A stretch of 64,000 nucleotides of DNA from Squalus acanthias. Its lineage: Eukaryota. The notes beneath the pieces were generated by a model. The model saw nothing but the letters and a program-made list of their open reading frames with translations. It was not told where the DNA came from and ran no database searches. This document shows, in pieces, positions 12,491-24,302 of this stretch. The translations under genes and the position numbers were made by a program. Positions within the stretch are counted from its first letter, which is position 1. Every line of letters begins with the position of its first letter. The stretch is taken from positions 2,294,001 to 2,358,000 of the forward strand of contig JASTWF010000034.1 in NCBI GenBank assembly GCA_030390025.1, in the 5' to 3' direction.

Positions 12491-14040
12491 ATGACTGCAC
12501 AGAGGCAGAGGGCTGCACCCAGGTTGTCTGATGGCTCCCTCCATATGCTTATGAAGGGAGTCAAAGCATTCAGGGTGGTCCTCTTCTCTTCCAATGGACA
12601 GATGTGACCTCCCCAGGACACTAAAACAGCCTGGTTGGAGATTGCAGAGGGGGTCACCAGCAGGGATGTTGTCAGCAAGACCTGGGTGCAGTGCTGCAAA
12701 CGTTACAATGATCTCATTAGATCAGGAAACGTGAGTACAAAGCCACACTCACCTTCCTCTTGCTATGCCTCTCATCACACCCCCATCACTCTGCCTTCCC
12801 AACCCTACCCCTGCACATTCTTACTCACACCAACATACCTTGCACGTCCACCCGTCCCTCTCTTTCTATTTACATTATCACATCCCCATTTCAATAGCCA
12901 CCGCTCACACTGACACTCACCCTTGTGCAATCATACCAACTAACAACACACAAGGAGGCCACTTGTATTTGGCACCCCACTCCATCATAGTCACCATCTA
13001 AATATCTACCACATCCATTCCTTACATTCATTCCATCAGTCTCACTCAAACTTCTCTTTTTTCCCTCCTTGCAGGAAAAGAGAGCCCACAATAACAGGGA
13101 GAAGGGGTGAACCGGCGGTGTCAGTCCATCATTTGCAAACCTTACAATAGCAGAGGAGGCTGCTTTAGAAATATCTGGAGTCGCTGAGCAGCTGGAGGTG
13201 GGAGATGGAGCGAGGGGGACATCTCAGCAACCGGGTGACAGAATTACATATCATACAGCAACATGGCATACATCCATCACTCAAATGGGCACTGATCTCA
13301 CTGAATGGTCATCATGTACATAATGGTATCTGTACCCATTGTTCATATGACATATCTAACTCATATCTTCACTCTCCCACAGGTCCATCAAGAGTTCCCC
13401 CCCCTCCAATGTCCAGGAGGAAGAGGAAGATGACTCCTCAGAGGAGCCTCAGCCGCTGAGGGTTCACCATCACAAGAATTAGATAGAGTAGTGTTGTCAA
13501 CTGGTGTCTCCCAATTCACAAGTGTGCAAGAGGAGATGGTGGAGAGAGGGAGAGCAGTGGAGTCTCCTTGCTAGAGGGCGCAGGACGCTCCCAGCTCTGC
13601 TCAGCTGCATGCAGACGCTGAGCCTCGGGGGCCATCTAGAAAGAGGGCGACCCTGGAGATGCAGCAAGAAGTGCAGGGGGCTCTGACAGGTATTGCGAGC
13701 GCGATGTCTGCAAATTTTCAGAGAATGGAGTAGTCAATCACCAACATGAGCACCACCTTGTCACAGGCGATGGTGACTGTAGGCTCCTCCATGGATAGGA
13801 TGGGCAGCTACATGGAGCAGCTAATGCGCCACTCAGAGGAGCACATGGTCTTTATGGAGGATAGATGGCTATGTATAGCGAATAGATGGCAGAGACTCAT
13901 AGACCTCCTCTCTAACAGGGATGTCAGCATAGACGTGGGTCCTCATGGCCTCACTGCTGTGCAACAAGGTGCTCTACACCTCCTTGGCAGCAGGGAAGAG
14001 AGCAGGCGGCCTCTACCTCTGCTGAAGCCACAGGGCTAGC
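12491..14040 (+). pseudogene. Harbinger-associated Myb/SANT-like DNA-binding protein gene, 3 exons, disrupted
   Basis: MTAQRQRAAPRLSDGSL..AWLEIAEGVTSRDVVSKTWVQCCKRYNDLIRSG; donor GTGAGT 12731, acceptor TTGCAG 13074 then EKRAHNNREK; acceptor CCCACAG 13382; in-frame stops at 12605 and about 13108. Confidence 0.8.
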
Positions 14041-14069
14041 TCCTCGTAGATGCATGCAGAAGAAAAAGA

Positions 14070-14818
14070 TGAAACACAATCTAAGATCTTTATGATCTCT
14101 GAGAGTTCTTGGACAAGACAGCAATAGGCAGCAGCCAGTATGTTTGAGCAATCGATTAAGATTTATTAAGCTTACAGCGTAATAGACTGAACAGCAGGGG
14201 ATAGTTTAACGAGTAGCTCGCAGCCCTTGGACTCTGGAACCTCTCGGACACAAGTGACGTCATCTTCAGTCTGTTCCTTTGTTCTTGCAGTCGGTCTGTG
14301 TAAAGTTGTTATTCGAGTATCAAGGTTTTAACCCATATCTTATCAAAAGTTCATGCGGGTATTGTCCATATATGGTCTTTAACAAAATCACCTATTTTAA
14401 TTGGTTCTAATGATCAAAACACCATTGTCACTCAGACTAAGTTTAGCATCCTGGCCTCACCTTTCCCGTATTTTTCCTACAACTTTACCCTGTTCATCGT
14501 CATCTTGTTTATAGTTCTTCACCACATTGGAATTGACCTTATCTCTCTCATTTCTAGCTTCCCTGGTACAGGCAGTACAAGGCCTCATAAGCTGCGTAAG
14601 CTGCGATACTGTCCGTTATCAGAGCCAGTCTTGACTAGTCCTGGCTGTCTTTGCAGTTACATTTGGAGCAAGCCTCAGCAATTTATGCACAAGTCATTAC
14701 AGGTCACACTGAATATAGATATTTGGTTAATGTGAAGTTCACTATTCTACACTCACTTATACATGTTATTACTAAAAACATCCAAGTATCAGTCTTTTGT
14801 ACACACATATAATTCACA
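14070..14818 (-). mobile_element. Probable solo LTR inserted in the Harbinger element
   Basis: Minus strand shows TATA-like TTAAAA, CRE TGACGTCA (14255-14262), AATAAA, and ends GTGTTTCA; no TSD resolved. Confidence 0.5.
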
Positions 14819-15400
14819 AGGGTAGCCACTTGGGGGTTTTATCGAATGTTAATGTAAAGTTTCCGTTAATGTACTGTCAAGTATAAAAAATCATATTGTC
14901 AACACTTTCCGGTCTTGGACAGATCTGTGTGCACCTTCGCTAGTGGATTAAAGAGTTGCAGTGAATGGTGGGACATAACGGTACCTCCCACAATGGTGGT
15001 GAGTGTGAAAGGAATGGCTTGGTCATTGCAGGGATGCTTTACGGTGTTGCTCTGGGATGGTGCCAACCTGGAGCATCATCTGGCAGCTGCAAGGGTGAAC
15101 AGCGTCAAGTGAAGTAGATCTGGCCATGGTGAGGCCAGCCCTGGCCTGCCGGGCAGCAATGTGCTCGGGTGCTGATGCGCTCTGTCCTCTGCAGCATCAA
15201 GTGATTGCGGAGAAGGTTGGTGTTGTTGTTGGTGCTGCTGGTGTGCCTGGCGCTGCTGAGGACCAAGGTGAGACAGTATAAACGGCATCCATGCTGATGG
15301 AATAGATGGCAGGTGAAGTAGAGATGACAGAAGCAATCTGTCAAAGTGGGAGAGGTTCCTCCAATGAGGTGACACTGGATGGAGACTTTGCTGGAAAGAC

Positions 15401-15757
15401 CAACTAGATGCAGGAAGGATGTTTCCGATGGTCGGGGAGTCCAGAACCAGGGGTCACAGTCTAAGGATAAGGGGTAAGCCAGTTAGGACAGAAATGAGGA
15501 GGAATTTCTTCACCCAGAGAGTGGTGAACCTGTGGAATTCTCTGCCACAGAAGGCAGTAGAGGCCAATTCATTAAATAGATTCAAGGAGTTGGATATATT
15601 TCTTAATGCTAAAGGGATCAAGGGATATGGGGAGAAAGCAGGGACAGGGTACTGAATTTGGATGATCAGCCATGATCGCATTGAATGGCAGAGCAGGCTA
15701 GAGGGGCCGAATGGCCTACTCCTTCTTCTTTCTTCTATGAGTCTATGAGTCTATGAG
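15401..15757 (+). mobile_element. CR1 3' fragment in palindrome spacer
   Basis: MFPMVGESRTRGHSLRIRG..NFFTQRVVNLWNSLP; (CTATGAGT)n tail. Confidence 0.92.
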
Positions 15758-17820
15758 ATCCAAACCCCAACATTGTCATTAAACCTGCTGACAAGGGTGG
15801 TGCTGTTGTTGTTTGGCGAACCGACCTCTACCGTGCGGAGGCTGAACGCCAATCTCCGACACCTCCTCCTCCGACCTCCGCCTGGACAATGGCCCCACCA
15901 CCGAACATCAAGCCACCATTTCCTAGACTGTCACTGGCCTCATCTCCTCTGGAGATCTTCCCTCCACGGCCGCCAGTCTAAATAATTCCCCAACCCCGCA
16001 CAGCCCTCTTCTACCTCCTGCCCTAGATCCACAAACAGGTCTCCTGGTAGACGCATCGTTTCAGCCTGTCCTTGCCCCACGGAACGTAACTCTTCCTATC
16101 TCGACTCTATTTTTTCTCCCCTTGTTCAGTCTCTTCCCACCTACATCCGCGACTCTTCCGACGCCCACTGCCACTTTAACAGTTTCCAGTTTCCTGGCCC
16201 CAACCGTCTCCTTTTCACTATGGATGTCCAATCCCTCTGCACCTCCATCCCCCACCAGGATGGCCTGAGGGCGCTCCACTTCTTCCTTGAAAAGAGGCCC
16301 AACCAGTCCCGATCCACCACCACCCTCCTCCGCCTGGCTGAACTTCTTCTCACATTGAACAACTTCTCCTTTGACTCCAGTCACTTCCTCCAAATTAAAG
16401 GTGTTGCTATGGAAACCCGCATGGGTGCCTAGCTATGCCTGCCTTTTCGTGGGATATGTGGACATTCTTTGTTCCAGTCCTACTCAGGTCCCCGCCCTCA
16501 CCTCTTTTTCTGGTACATTGATAACTGTATCGGTGCTGTTTCCTGCTCTCGCCCTGAACTAGAAAATGTCATTCCTTTTGCTTCCAATCTCCACCCTTCC
16601 CTCACCTTCACATGGTCCATCTGTGGCTCTTCCCTTCCCTTCCTTGACTTCTCCGTCTCCATCTCTGGGGATAGGTTATTAACAAACATTCACTGTAAGC
16701 CCACTGACTCCCACAGCTACCTGGACTACACTTCCTCACACCCCGCTTCCTGTAAGGACTCTATTCCATTCTCCCAATTTCTCTGTCTCCTCTGCATCTG
16801 CTCTGACGATGCCACCTTCCATACTAGTGCTTCCGACATGTCTTCCTTTTTCAACAACCGAGGATTCCGCTCTACTGTGGTTGACACGGCCCTTGACCGT
16901 GTCCGTTCTATTTCCCGCACTTCTGCTCTCACCCCTTTCCCTCCCTCCTGGAACCACGATAGGGTTCCCTTGTCCTCATCTTTCACCCCACCAGCCTCCA
17001 CATTCAACAGATCATCCTCCGCCATTTCCGCCACCTCCAGCGTGATCCCTTTCAGCATTCCAAAGGGAATACTCTCTCCAAAACATCCTGGCCCACTCCT
17101 CTATCACCCCCAACAACCCGCTGCACTTCCCACGGCAGCTTCCATGCAAGCCTGTACACTGGGGAGATCAAACGCACATTGGGTGACCGCTTTGCGGAAC
17201 ACCTCCCTGCAGTCAGTAAGGGTGATCCCGAGCTTCCGGTCGCCTGTCACATTAATTCTCCGCACCACTCCCACTCTGACCTCTCCGTCCTCGGCCTCTT
17301 CTACTGTTCAATGATGCTCAACGTAAGCTCAAGGATCAGCACCTCATCTTTCGATTAGGCACTTTACAGCTTTCTGGACTCAACATTGAGTTCAACAATT
17401 TCAGACCATAACCTCGGCCCCTACCATTTTGTTCATGTTTTCTCTCTCTCACATGGCAGCTGTCGATCATTCTGCCATTGCCATTTACACTTCATCTAGA
17501 GTCATCTTTTGTTTCTTAATTTGTCCCATTACCATCTCCTTTTGCCTTGCACCATCATCCCTTTTGTCTCTTAATCTCTCCTGCCTTCCATCCAATCACA
17601 GACCTTCACATTTGTTCTTTCCTCCCCTCCCCCTTTCCCTGCCCCTACACTGACTTAAAAACCTGTTCCATCTCCAACTTTTTCCAGTTCTGACGAAGAG
17701 TCATCGACCTGAAACATGAACTCTGATACTCTCTCCACAAATGCTGCCTCACCTGCTGAGTACTTGCAGCATTTTCTGTTGTTATTTCAGATTTCCAGCA
17801 TCCACAGTATTTTGCTTTTG
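15758..17820 (+). mobile_element. Penelope-like retroelement (RT, degenerate GIY-YIG, pLTR)
   Basis: IVIKPADKGGAVVVW, FTMDVQSL, QIKGVAMETRMG, YIDNCIG, LPFLD, KPTDSHSYL; degenerate hammerhead at 17690-17718. Confidence 0.9.
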
Positions 17821-18892
17821 TACTAATAATTGAAATTGGGTCGCCCGACTCTGCCGGTCAGGGCGGATCCACGCTGATAGACGCACCTGGGGGACACGCG
17901 CGTCGGAGAGGGATGACAGTGGGGTCCCGACCCGTTCGCAGAAATAACAACTTTCCCACCCGACCCGCCTCCGATCGCGCCCGCTACCACCCCAGAAAAT
18001 GAGTATTTCTAGCATTTTCTGTTTAAATTATTAGTAGTTATCTGTCAGACCTTTAACAGTGGGTTTAACCTTACCTTTTAAATTGAACTGGATGGCCACG
18101 GGATGCTCTCTGCTCGGGGGATCAGGTCTGACAACCTGAGGCGGGAGTTCAGTGGCCATTGCTCCAGCTGATTACTTTTCAGCATGAAATGTAGTATAAA
18201 TACTCCCACCTGACTAATGATCACTTTCCTCAGCAGAAGCTGTTTCTCACTGCATTCCCAGCGCAGATTCAGCAGGTTGCAGTCTTTCCAGCAAAGTCTC
18301 CATCCAATGTCACCTCATTGGGAGAACCTTTCCCACATTGACAGATTGCTTCTGTCATCACTACTTCACCTGCCATCTATTCCATCAGCATGGATGCCGT
18401 TTATACTGTCTCACCTTGGCCCTCAGAATCTGATCACGATGAGCCCCAACACCAGCAGCGCCAGGCACACCATCAGCATCAACAACAACACCAACCTTCT
18501 CCACAATCACTTGATGCTGCAGAGGACGGAGCGCATCAGCACCCGAGCACATTGCTGCCCAGCAGGCCAGGGCTGGCCTCACTATGGCCAGATTTACTTC
18601 ACTTGATGCTGTACACCCTTACAGCTGCCATATGATGCTCCAGGATGGCACCACCCCACAGCAACACCGTAAAGCATCCCTGCAATGACCAAGCCATTCC
18701 TTTCACACTCACCACCATTGTGGGAGTTACCGTTATGTCCCACCATTCACTGTATCTCATTAATCCACTTGCAAAGGTGCACAAACATCTGTCCAAGACC
18801 GGAAAGTGTTGAAAATATGGATTTTGATGTTTGACAGCACATTAATGGAAACTTTACATAAACATTCGATAAAACCCCCAAGTGGCTACCCT

Positions 18893-19650
18893 TGTGAATT
18901 ATACTTGTGTAGAAAAGACTGATAGTTGGATGTTTTTAGTAATAACATGTATAAGTATAAGTGTGAGTGTAGAATATTGAACTTCACATTAACCAAATAT
19001 CTATATTCAGTGTGACCTGTCATGACTTGTGCATAAATTGCTGAGGCTTGCTCAAAATGTAACTGCAAAGACAGCCAGGACTAGTCAAGACTAGCTCTGA
19101 TAACGGACAGTATCGCAGCTTACGCAGTTTATGTGGCCTTTTACTGCTTGTACCAGGGAAGGTAGAAATGAGAGAGATAAGGTCAATTCCAATGGGGTGA
19201 AGAACTATAAACAAGATAACGATGAACAGGGTAAAGTTGTAGGAAAAATACTGGAAAGGCGGGGCCAGGATGCTAAACTTAGACTGAGTAACAATTGTGT
19301 TTTGATCATTAGAACCTATTAAAATAGATGATTTTGTTAAAGACCATATATGGACAATACCCGCATGAACTTTTGATAAGATATGGGTTAAAACCTTGCT
19401 ACTCGAAAAACAACTTTACACAGACCTACTGCAAGATCAAAGGAACAGACTGAAGATGACGTCACTTGTGTCCGAGAGGTTCCAGAGTCCAAGGGCTGCG
19501 AGCTACTCGTTAAACTATCGCCTGCTCATCAGTCTATTACGCTGTAAGCTTAATACATCTTGATCTATTGCTCAAATATACTGGCTACTGCCTATTGGTG
19601 TCTTGTCCAAGAACTCTGAGAGATTATAAAGCTCTTACACTTCTGTGTCA
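18893..19650 (+). mobile_element. Probable solo LTR (mirror of 14070-14818)
   Basis: TTAAAA about 19388, TGACGTCA 19457-19464, ends GTGTCA at 19650. Confidence 0.5.
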
Positions 19651-19680
19651 TCTTTCTCTTCTGCATGTATCTACGAGGAG

Positions 19681-21280
19681 CTAGCCGTGTGGCTTCAGCA
19701 GAGGTAGAGGCAGCCTGCTCACGTCCCTGCTGCCAAGGAGGTGGGGAGCACCTTGCTGCACAGCAGTGAGGCCATGAGGACCCACGTCTACGCTGACATA
19801 CCTCCTAGAGAGGAGGTCTATGAGCCTCTGCCATCTATTCTCTATACATAGCCATCTATCCCCCATAAAGAACATGTGCTCCTCCGAGTGGAGCATTAGC
19901 TGCTCCATGTAGCTGCCCATCCTATCCATGGAGGAGCCTACAGTCACCATCGCCTGTGACAAGGTGGTGGTCATGTTGGAGATGGACTCCTCCATTCTCT
20001 GAACATTTGCAGACTTCGCGCTCGCAACACCTGTCGGAGCCCCCCTGCACTTCTTGCTGCACCTCCAGGATCATCCTCTTTCTGGATGGCCCCCAGGCTC
20101 AGCGTCTGCATGCAGCTGAGCAGAGCTGGGAGCGTCCTGCGCCCTCCGGCAAGGGGTCTCCACTGCCTTCCTTCTCTCCACCATCTGCTCTTGCACACTT
20201 GTGAGTTGTGAGACACCAGGTGACAACACTACTCTATCTCATGTGGGACCCACCGAGGTGTGCGTGTCTGACCTTGTGCTGGGTGCGCTTATGTCTGGTG
20301 ACGGTGCACCTTCAGAGGCTGGAGGCTACTCTGAGGAGTCATCTTCCTCTTCCTCCTGGACATTGAAGGGGCGGAGCTCTTGATGGACCTGTGGGAGAGT
20401 GAAGATATGAGTTAGATATGTCATGTGAAGAATGGGTACAGATACCTTTATGCACATGATGACCATTCAGTGAGATCAGCGCCCATATGAGTGACTGATG
20501 TATGCCATGTAGCTGTATGATATGTAACTCTGTCACTAGGTTGCTGAGATGTCCCACTCTCTCCGTCTGCCACCTCCAGCTGCTCGGCAACTCCAGATAT
20601 TTCTAAAGCAGCCTCCTCTGCTGTTGTAAGGTTTACAAATGATGGAGTGCCACCACCGGTTCTCCCCTTCTCCCTCTTATTGTGGGCTCTCTTTTGCTGC
20701 AAGGAGGGAAAGAAGAGAAGTTTGAGTGAGAGTGATGGAATGAATGTAAGGAATGGATGGGGTAGATATTTAGAGGGGGAATATGATGGAGTGGGGTGCC
20801 AAAGACAAGTGGCCTCCTTGTGTGTTGTTATTTGGTATGATTGCACTAGGATGAGGGTGAGTGCGAGGAGTGACTAGTGAGATGGGGATGTGATTATGTA
20901 AATAGAAAGAGAGGGGTGGGTGGATGTGCAAGATTTGTTGGTGTGAGTAAGAATGTACAGGGGTAGGGTTGGGAAGGCAGAGTGATGGGGGTGTGATGAG
21001 AGGCACAGCAAGATGAAGGTGAGTGTGGCTTTGTACTCACGTTTCCTGATCTAATGAGATCATTGAAATGTTTGTGGCACTGCACCCAGGTCTTCCTGAC
21101 AACATCCCTGCTGGTGACCCCCTCTGCAATCTCCAACCAGGCTATTTTGGTGTCCTGGGGAGGTCTCTTCCATCCATTGGAAGAGGAGAGGACCACACTT
21201 GGTGCTTTGACTCACTTTATAATCATATGGAGGGAACCATCGGACAACCTGGGAGCAGCCCTCTGCCTCTGTGCAGTCAT
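19681..21280 (-). pseudogene. Harbinger Myb/SANT-like gene (right copy, disrupted)
   Basis: Exon 1 21280-21041 with TGA at codon 23; KIAWLEIAEGVTSRDVVRKTWVQCHKHFNDLIRSG; exon 2 KRAHNKREKGRTGGGTP. Confidence 0.8.
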
Positions 21281-21562
21281 TGTCAGTATTTGCAGCACTC
21301 CAATGCTGCAGTGCACCGGCAGCACTATGTTACATTGACATTCAAATCCAACGTGGCCATGGCCCCTTTTAAGCTCCCGGCTGAAAACGCGTCATCGATT
21401 ACGTCAACAGACCAGACCCGCATCATTTAATTAGACCGGGTAACGCGCTGGGCGGGCTTAATAGGCCCTATTAACATAAAGTCATTTTCAGCAGCGGGGT
21501 CATGACCCGTCATTGCCATCGCCCGCAACAGACCTGCCCAGGTAGGCACAATTCCGGCCGTG

Positions 21563-21980
21563 GTTTTTAAGGCCTTGAGGATTCCATGGGCCATATGTAT
21601 TTTCAATGTGAGAGGTTGCAGCCTCAGTATCGTTACCTGAAGTGGCAGCTGCTCAACTTTTGGTTACATTTTAGCCCCAGGCTCCTAATCTTTGGCCGCC
21701 TGGTGCAGAGTGGGGTGAGTGAGGCGGCAGATCTTCTCCTGGACCTGCTCTTGGACTTGGCGGAATCAGCAATTTGTAGGTTCAGGGTCGGCGGGGCCCA
21801 TGGGGTGCGAGGGTGTCACTGGATTCCAGCTCCTGTTCCGCGGTCTTGTCCGTGCCCAGGTGGCCCTGGAGAGGGAGCATGCGGTGTCCACCGGTACGGA
21901 CGATACCTTCCGTGGCCGGAGGGCACCGCAGATCAGTGAGGTGATAATCGATCCTCACAATCACATTGTGATTTAATTAT
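21563..21980 (+). mobile_element. Tx1/L1-like LINE ORF2 C-terminal fragment
   Basis: HMYFQCERLQP..LLNFWLHFSPRLLIFG..LFRGLVRAQVALEREHAVSTGT. Confidence 0.7.
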
Positions 21981-22289
21981 TGTTTGTGTGTGTGGCTGTA
22001 TTGTACATACTTATTACTGGAAAAACAACCGAAAATGCTGGAAACACTCAGCAGGTCAGGCAGCACCGAGGAGAGAGAAACAGAGCCAAAGTTTCGGGTC
22101 GATGGCCCTTTGTCAGAACTGTTACTGGAGATTTGTGGTGTGCTGGGACACTTGCCTTAATGGGTTATGTCCCCGCCTGCTGACACTGGGGCAACTTAAT
22201 GTCACCCCCCTACAGATAGTGAACAACGGCCCAATCTGAATATGTGAATGTTCGCTTCACGAATTGGAGCTTTCAATGGCGGTGTATTT

Positions 22290-22850
22290 GCCTAGGATAC
22301 CCCGCGCGGCAGAAAGTGCCCTATCAATGACTACATGAGCCCAGTGCGCAGGCGCGGGTCCGGGGCGTGGTCCGAGCATGCGCAGTGCGGGTGATGACGT
22401 GTGGGAGCAATAGCGGAACAACAACAACAACGATTCGAGAGAAGCAGATCGAACGGTTCAGGTCGATGACCTTCGTCAGAGCATTTCCTGTTGTACTAAT
22501 GGCCGAACAAGCGATGCGGGAGGCGGGAGGAGATTGTGGGGGCCGGGGAGGAATAGGCGTCGCGGCTGGACTGGGAAACTTAATAAACACCCGGCATAGG
22601 CCTCAGGCACGGAATCAGACCTGGCGGGCCCAGTGTTTGCGCCGCGGCGCCTGGCCCAGCCGCTGGGGTGAGCGGGGCGACTGTCCGCCACCTTGCTGAA
22701 GGCTTTCTCCGCGGGTACAGGCCCGGGTTACCCCGGCAACCGACCGCCATCTTGGTGAAGGTAGGCGGGCCTTGTCACCGCGCCGCCATCTTGGACAGGG
22801 CATGGGGTCAGGGCGCATGCGCGGCCTTCTCCCAGTGCAGCTGCAGCAGA
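22290..22850 (+). promoter_or_regulatory. CpG-island promoter of the ZNF gene (right copy)
   Basis: CGCCATCTTG twice (YY1), GCATGCGCA, TGCGCAGGCGC, GCGCATGCGC; CpG-rich. Confidence 0.75.
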
Positions 22851-22854
22851 AGCA

Positions 22855-23385
22855 TTTTTTAATATTCGTTTATGGGATGTGGGAATTCCGGGCAAAAACC
22901 AGCATTTATTGGCCATCCCTAACTGCCCTTGAGAAGGTGGTGGTAAGCCACCTTCTTGAACCGCTGCAGTCCGTGTGGTGAAGGTACTCCCACAGTGCTG
23001 TTAGTGAGGGAGTTCCAGGTTTTTGACCCAGCGACGATGAAGGATCGGCCGATATACTTCCAAGTCAGGATGGTGCATGACTTGGAGGGGAACTTGGAGG
23101 TGATGGTGTTCCCATGCGCCTGCTGCCCTTGTCCTTCTAGGTGGAAGAGTTCGGGGGTTTGGGAGGTGCTGCCGATGAAGCCTTGGCAAGTTGCTGCAGT
23201 GCATCTTGTGGATGGTACATGCCACGGTGCGCAGTTGGTGGAGGGAGTGAATGTTTAAGGTGGTGGATGGGGTGTCAGTCATGCAGGCTGCTTTGTCCTG
23301 GATGGTGTCGAGCTTCTTGAGTATTGTTGGAGCTGTACTCATCCAGGCAAGTGGAGATTATTCCATCACACTCATCGCACACAGG
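22855..23385 (-). mobile_element. LINE 3' end (mirror of 10675-11207)
   Basis: MSTAPTILKKLDTIQDKAA..SLHQLRTVAC. Confidence 0.8.
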
Positions 23386-23608
23386 GTTCTGTAGAACTGG
23401 AGCCAAGCAGAGCAGAGGGAGGGAGAAAGTGGGAGAGGTGCAAAGACATGGTGCAATGGGTAAGGATTTCACCACAGGGAGAGGGAGAGTGTGTGCGACA
23501 GGAATTTACAGCTTTTGGGGGAAACAAAGGAGAGGAAAGATTGTTCCATAGAAACTAGAATTGTCTGTCCTGTACTTAGTGATGACTTTTGTAATCTCCT
23601 TTTTTCAG

Positions 23609-24302
23609 GGTTTTGGAAGGGGAGGATTTTCAGACAAGAAACTCAACCAAACATCACGCCAAGATCTGACAGAGTCACTCGATTCATCAGGACCTGAATA
23701 TCATCGGCCTTTGAATGTGGAGGGAGAAATCTTTCTCTGTTCTTGTGTGTGGGAAAGGATTTCAAACATCATGTGACTGTGAAAGCACCAAGACCCATAC
23801 ACACTTGAGCGAGAGTGTTCCAGTGCACTGACTGGAGTGAGCTGTAACCATGTTACACAGCCTGAAAAAACTTCACACCATTCACAGCGGGGAGAAACCG
23901 TACACGTGTTCTGTGTGTGGACGAGGCTTCAACCGATCGTCCAACCAGGAGAGACAGATGGACCTTGGAGAAACCGTGGGAATGTGGGGACTGTGAGAAG
24001 GGATTCAGTTATCCGTCTGAGATGCAAATTCATCGGCGCAGTTACACTGGGGAGAGACGGTTCACCCGCTCCATATGTGGGAAGGGATTCAGTCGGTCAT
24101 CCATCCTGCTGAAACACCAGCGAGTTCAAGCTGACGAGAGACTGTTCAGTCGCTTTCACTGTGGGAAGAGATTCAGTCATCCCACCTCATTGAACACCAG
24201 CATGTTCACACTGGAGAGAATCCGTTCACCTGCTCCGTGTGTGCGAAGGGATTCACAAGGTCATCCAGTCTGCTGAAACACCAGCAAATTTACTCTGAAA
24301 GC
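23609..24302 (+). pseudogene. C2H2 zinc-finger exon, frameshifted (right copy, two more fingers)
   Basis: Acceptor CTCCTTTTTTCAG|GG at 23608; [53 protein letters not shown]. Confidence 0.9.

Larger units (their letters stand above)
1..15400. repeat. Left arm of large inverted duplication (partner 18282-38682)
   Basis: Position 1 CTTGCCTTCATCATTTC pairs with the sequence ending at 38682; 15381-15400 GGAGACTTTGCTGGAAAGAC pairs with 18282 GTCTTTCCAGCAAAGTCTCC; mirrored ORFs (407-739 vs 37944-38276, 2836-3030 vs 32569-32829, 13746-14039 vs 19681-19995). Confidence 0.97.
12214..15400 (+). mobile_element. PIF/Harbinger DNA transposon derivative (left copy, truncated at 15400)
   Basis: Terminus GGCTGGAATTGTGCC at 12214; spliced Myb/SANT gene; transposase remnants on the opposite strand. 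Confidence 0.75.
17828..21559 (-). mobile_element. PIF/Harbinger derivative (right copy, nearly end to end, DDE core deleted)
   Basis: Terminus GGCACAATTCCGGCC ending at 21559; GC-rich subterminal region starting GAAATTGGGTCG near 17832; Myb gene on minus strand. Confidence 0.72.
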
